Positions 53,245-64,000 of a stretch of DNA of 64,000 nt are shown here, piece by piece. Source of the DNA: Mizuhopecten yessoensis. Taxonomy: Eukaryota. The stretch lies in NCBI RefSeq assembly GCF_002113885.1, contig NW_018479994.1:124001-188000 (forward strand), given 5' to 3'. The position numbers were made by a program, and so were the translations under genes. Below the pieces are notes generated by a model. The model searched no databases. It worked only from the letters and a program-made list of their open reading frames with translations, and was not told where the DNA came from. Numbering within the stretch: the first letter of the stretch is position 1; every line of letters begins with the position of its first letter.

Positions 53245-55004
53245 ATCAAAGTAATATTGACTGTTAAGCTGCTATTAAACGGACAGCATGAAATGTTTAA
53301 TCATAAATGGCTCCTCGTTTTTCTCCGATGCCTTTTTATTTTTAACGTAGATGTAACAAGTAGTATCAGCGTACTAGCGCTTCAATTTCTATTATGTATC
53401 TTGGATATGTTCTCATTATTAAGATAAAAAATAAAAAATATGATTCTTATACATGTAATAACGATATTTAACGTGATAAAATAGCTCACCCTTACATTTT
53501 AGTATACCAAAATATTATAAAAGAAATGCCCTCAATGTTTTAGAAACATGATGCAAATAAATATCACTCTCTTCTCCTTTTTTTTTTTTTTTGTCATTGT
53601 GGAAAGGAATATTCAATATTCTCATAAATTTTGCATCATTTTTCTTAGATTGCCAAGCTTGGTAGTAGAAAGGAAAAATATAAACTAATTCTTTATTTAT
53701 GTCTGGTAACAAAATCTAGTACAAATGCCATTTTCTTTGTACAATATCATTATTGAAGTCCTGCACTTTTGTATAAGTCGTAAAAAGAGGTACCTGTTTT
53801 GTTGATTTGTTACTTTTTCTTGGAGAACTTGGAGTGCGTAGTTAAACGGGGTAAATATCATAACATTTTGTTGAAGAGTTCGTTTCACAGTCTGAAAAAT
53901 TGAAAGAGAATATTAAGTGGAAGAGAATGTACGTCCCGGTCGATGACATATACAAAGACGACTCGCAGGGCAAACATGGGCACTACTGACTTGCACGTGT
54001 CAAACGGCACGCACACGTGTGATGTGGTATGCTATAAAAACGATACTTCTCGCTGTAATTAGGGAAGAGACCGCCCACAAATATTCCTATTTCACCGACA
54101 GAAACAAATGAAAATATGTTCTTAACTACGCATATATTTTTGGAAGATCGTTACACCAAGGCCAGGTGATGCTTAAAATGACAAAAACGCTATGTATTTA
54201 CAAAACTATAAGGAAAGTAAAGAAGCGTTAATATTAATATTGACGGATAAAAAGATAAATGAAAACCTTATGAACTCACATGGAGTCCACTTTTGTCCCA
54301 CAGTTCTGATCACAACTTAATCTCCGAACCTGCGACTCTCAACACCCAGCAAAATTGTTCTAATTAGCCACAGGTTCCTTCATGGTTGTTTTATTTTACG
54401 GACTAACAAGGAACAGGTGAAACGAAACGAGTCAAACTTACTCACTCTAGGAGAGGAGATGTAATAATGGTTTCGTTTCGCTTTTAAGTCGAATTCTAAT
54501 CGGCAGGTCCTCTGTGTAAACGAGAAAATAGCGTGCATATGAAAGTAGAAGTCTGTGGAGAGACTTGGTTGGGGTTCGGGTCACACACGTGGATTGAGTT
54601 ACACGTGTACGATACTGGTCCTTAATAACACGATATTATGGTTGCTGATGCTGAGGGGATGCGGGGCCACTAAGTAACACGTAATTTCGTTCCGTTTTTT
54701 ATCACATCAATCTAATTACGTCTTTCAAAGTCGAGCCTGTCTACTTTGAATTAATAGGGTAGTTTAGATTATAATTATCTAAAGAAGAACTAAAAAGTAT
54801 AGATGGCAGATCTTTTGGTGTCTTTCAGAGTGTAAAATGATCCATCATCGTCATGTAAATGTTCCCGAATTTCCATCTGACACATGTGACCCTAGCAATG
54901 TCCGAAAAAAATATCTCCGTTTGCCACGGAAATATAAGGAGGCTATTTAAAAATATTTTGAAATAGTTTAACTTCCTTTGATCATACTTTTGAATCCTGG
55001 GTCA

Positions 55005-55625
55005 AGCACCTGCTTTTGTTTTTAGTGAATCTACGTAATATTCTTTGAGTGTATTCTGACTAAGCATAAACTCTTTTTTATATTTTTAAGTGATTACTTC
55101 CATTTTATATTTAGTTATTCTTTTTTAATTATATTTATCGAAATAGTCAAGTCTACTTAGAATAACGCAACAAGATTAGGAATGAGATTCATCAATTTGG
55201 TATGAATAATAAATGGTTAGGTTTTTTTTAACACAAACAGAAATTGAAAAGTTACTGCGCAAGCTTTCAAAAACGTCTGCTTCCTTTGTCAAGCAAAGAG
55301 TGCTTTGCATTTATTTTAACGCAACAAGATGTTCAGTTTCATCCACATTCTACCATAATCATGAAATATTGTGCTGTGTTCCTTTACCATATCTTTCACT
55401 GCATTGCCTCAGCTCATTCCTGGCACAATCCCTCTAGCTATAGTTGTAAATAACGGTTATGATGTAAGTATAAAGACTTATGTATGTGTAAATTTATATT
55501 TATCCATGTTTTCGTATGTATTATAAATGTTAAGTTCATCCATGTTTGTTTTATGTATTTGTATTATGTTCATCTAATTTTGTTTTTGTAACATACATGT
55601 TTATCTCATAAAACAAAGTTTAAAC
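55005..55625 (+). mobile_element. Highly decayed CR1/L2-type LINE ORF2 C-terminus and 3' UTR
   Basis: Fragments reading C-F-C ... F-F-E-C ... K-I-R-N-E-I resemble the ORF2 CxC...HFFxxC...RN knuckle, with frameshifts and stops; ends ATAAAACAAAGTTTAAAC like the other LINE tails here. Confidence 0.35.
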
Positions 55626-56964
55626 TGAATTGGCATCATGCAAATTTACTACTCTAAAGAAGAAGTGGTTTGTAATTGTAACATATACATACATGTGAAT
55701 AGGTACATATAATCTGACATAAATACATAAAGTGTTTTTCTTAGCGTACTTCAATCAAGGTCACTTAATTAGGTTAGTTTCAAATGGTGTAACAACTACT
55801 TCAAACAGCGTATAAGTAAACTGGGAAAAGGAGGGAAGTCTAAGAGCACTTAATTCATTCATTAATGACATATTTCAATAAAATCGTGCACTGCCTTTCA
55901 TGTTACAGATTTATAGTCTATCGCTAGGACGTTTAATTGACAAAATGGAACATAACTTCGTATGCTACATTTATATAAAAGATAAAAAAAAGCATTCTGT
56001 TTTGGGGATATTCTATTCGTTTTTTGTTATTATAATGTTATTTTCAAAAGTGCACATTTCAATCATCTGCAAATAAAATGAAATATTTTTTCAAGCATAA
56101 CCAGTAATTGTGCCAATTTTAATAATAGTGTTAATAATATTAGCGTATATATAAAATGAATTCCGTTTATATATTACAAATAGTCTGACAGATTTCTTAC
56201 GCTTACTTTCCGTGTTTTCCATAATGGAAACTTGAATTTGCTTCAATAGCGCCAAATAGTATATAATGATAAAGTCAGGTCAAACAAGGTCAAAATGAAA
56301 ATTCAGAGTCAAGGGAAGCAAATAGATTCAAGAACGTACGATTACAACACAAAAGACATTATGACACCTACGCCAACCCCCGAAACGACCTTTGACTTAA
56401 CCATGCGCTTCAAAAGGGTAAGCGTTTTAAATGTGAAGGGAACAAGTATTGCTTGACGTGATTGTCAGACTACACTTATAAACAACTGATTTTTGATAAT
56501 ACTTAATAGAGACATATATATATGAAAATTATGACAATCAGAAATGAAATTGTTTGGTTTTTTAATTTGAGTAGCGTACATGTAAGTAATTCTGATTACA
56601 TTAATTGTTGTAAGTATGTATCTTAATAAACCTGGACTATTTTTGTAGGTATATCTAAGTATCTTTAACTATGATCGAAATGTAAAATTTGTATAATTAC
56701 AACTAGAAGATGTACAAGCAATTATAATTTAACTACACGGTATCATGTATACTTCACAACCCAGCCAACCGGGTAAAACTCCATCAGTCTCTTTCTTTAT
56801 CCCTAATATCATTTTCTAGCTTTTATTCTCAACAGTTGCATATATACATGTTTAGGCTATCACTACTGTAAAGGTGTACATGTTTATGTTTGTTTGATTA
56901 AAGCTATACTAAGCGCTGTGTAACTTTTTCTTACTAAAAAGGCACACCGTGGTGTGTAAGTGTG

Positions 56965-57155
56965 TATTCCGTCTTTGCGTATTGCAGAGTTATCTTCACT
57001 TGAGAGCAGGTATTGATTGTTACGTCATTTGTTTGTGAGAGTAACGTCATCAATTTTTTTGAGAAAACGACTAATTTTCTCACATAAACCAATGACGTAA
57101 CAATCAATACCTGCTCTCAAGAGAGGATTACTCTGCAATGCGCAAAGACGGAATA
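56965..57155. mobile_element. Foldback MITE (near-perfect ~190-bp palindrome, TA ends)
   Basis: TATTCCGTCTTTGCG...TGCAGAGT...TTGAGAGCAGGTATTGATTGTTACGTCATT is mirrored by AATGACGTAACAATCAATACCTGCTCTCAA...ACTCTGCA...CGCAAAGACGGAATA. Confidence 0.92.
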
Positions 57156-57842
57156 TTTAATGCTAAGGTAAGTGTTGTGAAAGTATGAATACGAAAACAA
57201 GAATATGCGTTATGTAGGTATAGATAAGTATTATCATTAATGCTTTACTTAATTATGTGTATTTGCAGTTGTTAAAGATATGCAGAAAGCTGCATACATA
57301 TTTATCCTTGAAAGTAATTAGTGTGAAGTATTTCTCCTCACTGACACTTAAGCTTGAGTTTTCCGCATAACGCCACCATCCCATTTGTATAGATAGTGCA
57401 ATACGGAAAAGCTACATAGCTTTAATAGTCAAATTGATCAGTTGATGATACAACTAGCAAATCGGGATTGATTGCTGTCGAGAAAGTGTTCGTATATCGT
57501 ATTCTTCGTTTCATTTTTTGATGTCTAAATATGTGTTTGATATGCTTATAATTCATACAGTTTTCCCTAAATTTATTTAAGATTTATCGTCAAATTCTCA
57601 GACTTCATATATTATGGTATTTATCAACTTAGCTTTTAGCCTCAGAACATTTTAAATTTCCATTCATAGATATCGTAGTTAATGATTTTTTCTGTGATAG
57701 ACCGAAGATGAATTATTACCTGTGACACAATTTATAACTTCTGATTTGGATGATATACATTAAGATTCATTACTTAGCATATTTTCATTCTCTTATGTAA
57801 TAATCTTATAGATCACATGACATCACATCCGGTTTTAGTGTG

Positions 57843-58152
57843 CGTCTATGAATTCCGATAATGCTAGTGTGTTGACGCTGTGGACTATTTTGTCAATATT
57901 ACATAAGGTATAGTACTAGAATATATGTCGCTGTATATAGGACGGCTTGTAATGCTTTCATTATCGCATTTAAATGTATCAAATTTGTGATATACATGTT
58001 TGTACAATACGTCTATGATTCCGATATTGCTAGTGTGTTGAAACATAACATATAGTATCTTAATATATATATATCGCTGTATATAGGTCGGTTTGCAATA
58101 CTTTCATTATCGCATTTAAATGTATCACATTTGTGATCTACATTTGTGTACA
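57843..58152. repeat. Diverged tandem duplication (about 167 bp and about 143 bp units)
   Basis: CGTCTATG..TTCCGATA.TGCTAGTGTGTTGA at 57843 and 58010; TCGCTGTATATAGG and CTTTCATTATCGCATTTAAATGTATCA occur in both units. Confidence 0.9.
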
Positions 58153-58412
58153 TCACAAATGTATCTGCGTGATATATTGAAATTTAATATTTTTTTCTTT
58201 ACTGCTTCCTTTGTGTTGTTTCACATGTTTCCTTCGCTATGAGTTTTCTATGATAGATATGATTAACATTCATCTAATTAAATACTATTTTGTGTGATAT
58301 TGATGATATGCATCGTAGTCAAGACGTGTTTGGCTTTTTAAGATATGTATTTAAAAAAAAAAAAAAAAAAAACTATGAGTGCTTCAAATTGCATGTAACA
58401 TATTTCCAAGAA

Positions 58413-58515
58413 AGTGACAGGCGCCATATGTGGAAACGCTTACCTTTCACGTTTACCTGATTTTTATTTATTTCCTCTTTGGAGGGGCGGGGTTCTCTGT
58501 TATTTCTGCTTCTTG
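58413..58515 (+). mobile_element. Degenerate dispersed-repeat remnant (...GCTTACCCTTCCGGAGCACCTG-type)
   Basis: GACAGGCGCCATATGTGGAAACGCTTACCTTTCACGTTTACCTGATTT resembles a common bivalve repeat motif (recall); a related fragment ACCCTTTCGGAACACCT lies at about 40514 beside the SINE. Confidence 0.35.
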
Positions 58516-58697
58516 GACATTGGAGAATCAAAGTGTACTACAAAGGACCTGCTGTATCTTACTGCATGGAATTGTGAGAGGCGACTAATGTGGAGATCCC
58601 CCTTTAACGAAAACCGGGTGTTTCTTCTGTGCCTTCGGCTGAGGGGACATTGAGGGAACTTAAATTGATATGCTGTACCAATTGCAATGTTTGGAAG

Positions 58698-58910
58698 TAC
58701 TGTAAAATCATAAATTTTCGTGGGACATTTAATTTCGTTTATTTCGTGCATAACAAAAATCCACAAAAATTAAATCCCCACAAAAACATAAATTTGGTAA
58801 GATATATAGAGAGGAAAATCAGAAATCAGCGAAATATTAAGTCCTTGAAACAGGCTTGTATATGAAAACCACGAAATTTTAACCACACGAAAATAAATGA
58901 TTCTACAGTA
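58698..58910. mobile_element. MITE, TACTGTA...TACAGTA type
   Basis: TACTGTAAAATCATAAATTTTCGTGGG / CCACACGAAAATAAATGATTCTACAGTA; internal CCACGAAA-like subrepeats. Confidence 0.88.
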
Positions 58911-60254
58911 TTTCTCTTCTTTCATTTATGGCGTTGTCTACCTAGGCACTAGTTTTCAAAAAGCCTTGGCTGTTGTGGGGATGTAGATCCAAACGAAACA
59001 GAAAACAACACGGTCGTCTTTGCATGAGGACAAATGCCGTCCTTGAATATAGATAATGATTTTTTTTGATTTTTTTTTTATCTCTCGTTTAAATTGTTGT
59101 TAATGAGTTTTTCTTTGAAAAGATTTGTATTTCTCTGTACAAGAATTAAAATGTACTATTCATAGAACGTATAAGTGGTTTAAAACGTATCTTATTTAAA
59201 AAACCGAATATATACATGTTCGTTACATTTATTTGTCAATGAAGATATATGTTATAAACACAAAACGGTATTTTCACCGTTATGTACATATGTATGTGTA
59301 CGAGGTTGATATATATCGCGGACAACCATATATTGGTATGTTTTTACATTATATTTATTGATGCTCTTGATTGTATAGATTTTCGTATTGACATATATAG
59401 CTGTTGAATCCGACTCTGTAAATCTTGCATTTGTCATCTGCTTCAATGTTTGATGAATTAAGTGGATCGCGTGTTCAAAACTATGACGTCAATTCCTTTG
59501 TGACGTTGTGAAAAAATTAAATGTGTAAAATTAATTAAAATTTATTTACGTTAACACTACCCTAACAGTATCATGACAATGACTTGGTTTTCATTCTACT
59601 GAATCAAGACGGCAAATTTAATGTCACACTTACAGAACTAGGTTTTTCTTGAAAACAGCTTGTAAAAATATCTCTATTACGACACTCACAGTAGTTAAAG
59701 CTATCATACTTAATGTTGCCTTCAGAATAACATAGAAATACTTTACATTATGATAAAGAGGAAACATATAATGGTATAAACGGTGGATAATAGCAATTTT
59801 ATAACACTATGGCCAAAGTTACATAACTACAGCTACCTTTACTGAATAGAGCAAAACTGTATCTATTTGAACGATCGTGAACCATTTTCACTATACAACT
59901 CGTTGCGCTCCTTAAAGTTTTATCAGACAAAAATCAACCGATGCGCATATAGTGAAAACTCTCTGGGTGGTGATCGCAGACCACTATTTAATCATGCAAC
60001 CCACCAGGGTATGACTGTTAATGATTTCATTTATCGATTTGTTTAGCCTGGTTTACTGTTGCTAGTACTGCCGCGTGTCGCCTTTGTTTTGTCGCTGTTA
60101 AATCTCCGCTATTACAAGATTAATAAACATCCACTTCAATTCATTAAAATTATCATTCACGCTGCGAACATCAAAACCACCCTAACGGATCAAAAATAGC
60201 GACAGGCGCGGTTATCAGAAATTTGTTCTATTCATCGAAAACCTATGACGTTGA

Positions 60255-60500
60255 TACTCCTGTGGGAAGGTATGGGCGATAATGAGATTTAAACGGAGGG
60301 AAATTTACTGGCAAACAATCGTCCCTGCTAATGAGATATGACAAAGAGTCGTCACTAAATCACAGAACCAAATTCTCCGACTACGGATCAATTTAATTGT
60401 TAGGGAGAACGGTTGGGATGACGTTAAAATGAGCAATTTTGTGAAATTTACACGACACTGCTACTTAATGAGATCCATATGTAGCTATGCAAATTAAAAT
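60255..60500. promoter_or_regulatory. Enhancer-like motif cluster (CSL, 3x TAATGAGAT, Sox, octamer)
   Basis: TGTGGGAA at 60261-60268; TAATGAGAT at 60280, 60329 and 60466; AACAAT at about 60314; ATTGTT at about 60396; ATGCAAAT at 60487-60494. Confidence 0.4.
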
Positions 60501-61112
60501 ATAATGTTTTGAACAGTCAATCAATTTTTAGATTACAGAGTAAGATTGAAATATTTTATCCGGCATTCAAAAGGCAATTAAATGTTACAAACATTTTTAT
60601 ATTCGTGTGCGGAATTTAATATCTGCTTTTTAGCTTCTTTGGAAATTAAATATTTTTAATTCTAATCTTGAAACCATTAGCCTTAAGATGCTCTCATTAT
60701 AAGCGGAGATTACAACCCGCAATAAACCTGTGGATTTTTCACAAGTTTCTTCACAGAAATGAATTAAGAAGATGTTTCGGAGCTGGATTTCGCGTGAAAT
60801 TCACATTGTTGCGACATAAATGCCCTTAACATCGCTACATATAACACCGGGACACCACTTCGACGCAAAGAGAACGACATTTTGCAGCAAGCAGGGGGCC
60901 GATAGCAGATGGGGGAAAGTCATTTTCTACCACAAAAATAATGAACAGCTAACATTCACACATTTGTACTGTAGCATTCAGTATTTCTGGCGTTTTACTA
61001 ATGTTAAGGAGCCGTGTTACAAACACATCATCAACAATGTCATAAAAAACGATTGAAAAGTACGGACGAGTGGGTCCGGTTACCGATTTATTTCTTATAA
61101 TGCACTTTACGC

Positions 61113-61159
61113 CAAGATGGCCGCTGCATATGTTACATGCAACAATAGTCCATAGAAAC
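61113..61159 (+). promoter_or_regulatory. YY1-like motif followed by two RFX X-box-like motifs
   Basis: CAAGATGGCCGC at 61113-61124; GTTACATGCAAC at 61132-61143; GTCCATAGAAAC at 61148-61159 (both X-boxes are shorter than canonical). Confidence 0.3.
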
Positions 61160-64000
61160 GTTGAACTCTACAAAGCCGTTAGTTTGTGAATAGAGGTTAG
61201 CAGTTTCATAAATATGAATGTACTTTAACATCTTGGCTGGCCTCTCGATTTAGTGATTATTTTTAATGATTTCGCATTAATGCGAACGGAAATTTGTGCG
61301 GCAACTGGATTCAAATCAAACATAGACCTCGTATACGGGTGTTGATTGTATAGACTTCTCTTTTGCTTCCTCTCGTGTAACTTGTATTCTGTGTTGGAAG
61401 TCGATATTGTTAACACGTGCGGTATTCGTGTATTCGACTGGTCCGAAATGATCGAAGCACATTTTGGCAGTTTTATTTTCCTTTGTCATTTGTATAATAT
61501 AAAGTAACTGATCATTTTGAGATGTCAATATATATTGTTAAAAAACAGTAGTTGAGTGTACCCTGCATTATTAGCTGTCTAATCGAAACGTTTTTCATCA
61601 AATCTAAAACGTTAATTTAAACTGCATGAGTAATACAGGAACCTCTTTATTATGAACAAATCCACAAAGATGTGTTCGAAGATTTTGTGTGGATGTACAA
61701 ATCGATTTTCATAATTCTGATATCGTCATTTTACTCGTCTAATAAAAATTAAAATGAAAACAAAATATGTACCTGAGCGTCAACACTAAGACATATTTTT
61801 TAACTCGAAATCGATATAAGAAAACAACTTCATGAATTGTGGATACACCAAAACAAAAGGAAAATCAACATGGCTTTAAAATATATACGCAGGCGAACCG
61901 ATGATCTGTTCGCGTAAACGTTTCATGTGAGAAGTTAAGATTTTATAAAGGCATAGTCGACAAATTATTTTTTATTTGTCCTTTGGAAATTAGGTAAAGA
62001 AAGAAAAAAAAATCCTCAAAATGAAGATCTAGGTTCACAAAAAGGATTTCGCTGATCTGTCGCTTTCTTTTACTAAACAGCTTTTTGAGTTCTTTTTTCG
62101 TGCCATTTTCTTATGCTTTGAGATTCTCTTCATCTATTTTGGTTTTCAATCTCTTAATCAACCATCCATACATATTTATTCTCGGAAAAACACGAAGAAA
62201 CGTATAGGGTTCTTTCTTAAGTAATCTCAAATTTCGAGAAATCAAATTAAATTTGACAGATTGAAAGATTGTGTCGATGTTGATATCTTGATGACTTATG
62301 ATCTGTTTCAGGAGGGAGTCAAATCGTCCTAATAATCGTATCGATGTACCTCTTTTACCGTAAAACATTGCAAATAACGTTATAGAGTGAATCAGGCTAC
62401 TGAAACCGTTTTCATTGAATGTCATTATATTAGGTACCCAGTGATGTGACTTTGATGTAAGTAAATGGAACACTTATATCCATAATATCTTAATCATTGA
62501 TGTCTAACGTTAAAGAAAATGTTTTATAAAATAATTGTTCACATACGAAATGTATCACATATGAAATTCATTAAGAAAAACATCTTTACACGTTTTCCTC
62601 TCGTATTAAGAAATACAACTTTTGTAAGTATGGTTTATATTTGCTAATCTCCGTAGCAGATAGAACGTGTTAGCGAACGCATTAGGTTTATAGTCCACGT
62701 ATAAACAACATCAAACATCATAGAATATCAGTCATGTTTTTAATCCGAGATATTTCCCCCGTTTTACCAGCACTTACCAACTTCAAACGTTTGGGGCAAA
62801 ATCCATGGCTTACAATGTTAAAATATATTTAGGGTAGAGGGCAGTTAGGCGAGATCTTATTTCCCCTTTTAGTAAAATCATTCGTTTATATTAGCAAACT
62901 AATTCGGATATATATTTCAAACATTTCTACGGTAAACAGTATACAGGATTTGAAAAATGAAATATATTCCTGTAACGTTTCTGTTATTTTCTATATTTTC
63001 ATACAAATACAGTTCAACTCTTCTAACCCCATTGCACCCCTCCCCTTTATTTACTTTAAGTATTTATGCACCAACAGTCAACGCCGTCCTATCGCTGCTT
63101 GATGAATGTAAGGAGACGAATTAATAGAAATACCCTGTACTTGTTTTCGAATCCTTGTAGTATGTATATTATTTGTATTGCTACAAAATGTTGACAAAAA
63201 ATAAAGTTTGCACTAACGATAGTTATAAGTTGTGGAGCAGTTTAGGGAGTCTGAATGTTTTAAATGTATTCCCAATTATCTTGCGACATGGAGAGCAATT
63301 GATAAAAGCTTTATTTATAATCAAGAGGTACAGGGAACGAATTCTTGTGGCGGAGATTGATTTTTTTTAAAGAAATTATAAAAATATGTCTTTCGTATAT
63401 AACTCGTTGTTATAGTAAAGAATATAAAACAATCCTTGCAAACTGGAACTGAAAAACAATACAGATAGCCGGTACTCTCTACCAAAACCATAGCGTGTAT
63501 TAATATTATAAGTAACTATTTTGTTTTTAGACAAGATCATATATTGAAATAAAGAATGAGAAAAAAAATAATGGTCAAAGTAATTGCTGTGTATAGCCTA
63601 GTACGTGTGTGTTTTCAATATAAGTGATTCATAAAATATATATACCAATTTTAATTTTGATGTCAATCGAGTCGTTCTTATTCCTTCCTTCCTTCATTTC
63701 TTTCTTCTTTCTTTCCCAAATTTCTATCAATTTTCATAATGTTAAAAAAACAAGTAGTTGTAGCTATTGTTTGGTCCTAAATATCAAGTGCTTAAAATCG
63801 ATGAACAGAAACTGCACTGACCGCATCAGGGCGAGTCCAGTACCCATTAGAAGAATATGCAAAAGTAGTGGGTCCTGCATACAGTCTGATGATTAAAATG
63901 ATATTTTTTTTAAGTTCTAATGATGTTTTTGTGTGTATTAATTGTCGACCTTTGATTTTATAGAAGATTGATAGACTGACACAATATACAGATGTGCATT

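Noticed and set aside
61225-62473. Minus-strand ORFs of 63-120 aa and a plus-strand YLDDL motif
   Set aside because: No recognisable domain or additional RT motifs; ORF lengths are within chance for this window.

Overview
This is AT-rich (roughly one-third GC by eye) eukaryotic DNA with no convincing long ORF, no rRNA, no intact tRNA, no CRISPR array and no prokaryotic gene organisation. The repeat repertoire points to an invertebrate metazoan, most likely a bivalve mollusc (inference from recalled repeat motifs, not a search). It includes tRNA-headed SINEs with a V-domain-like GGTTTTxCCGGGxACTCCGG core, TACTGTA...TACAGTA MITEs, TTAA-flanked MITEs, a pearl/CvA-like remnant and CR1/L2-type 3' ends. 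The window looks like a gene-poor intergenic region or a very large intron. It holds 42-bp and 20-bp minisatellites, a compound (GTT)n tract, many short TE remnants, local duplications, and several GC-richer 200-500 bp islands dense in transcription-factor motifs (CTCF-like, POU/Sox/CSL, NK-2, E-box). A few phase-compatible splice-signal chains could be small exons but match no protein I recognise. The most distinctive observation is a roughly 350-bp TTAA-flanked TIR element family (4 copies, two adjacent and divergent) that carries an internal tRNA-Lys-like Pol III cassette. All coordinates were read by eye and may be off by a few bases.
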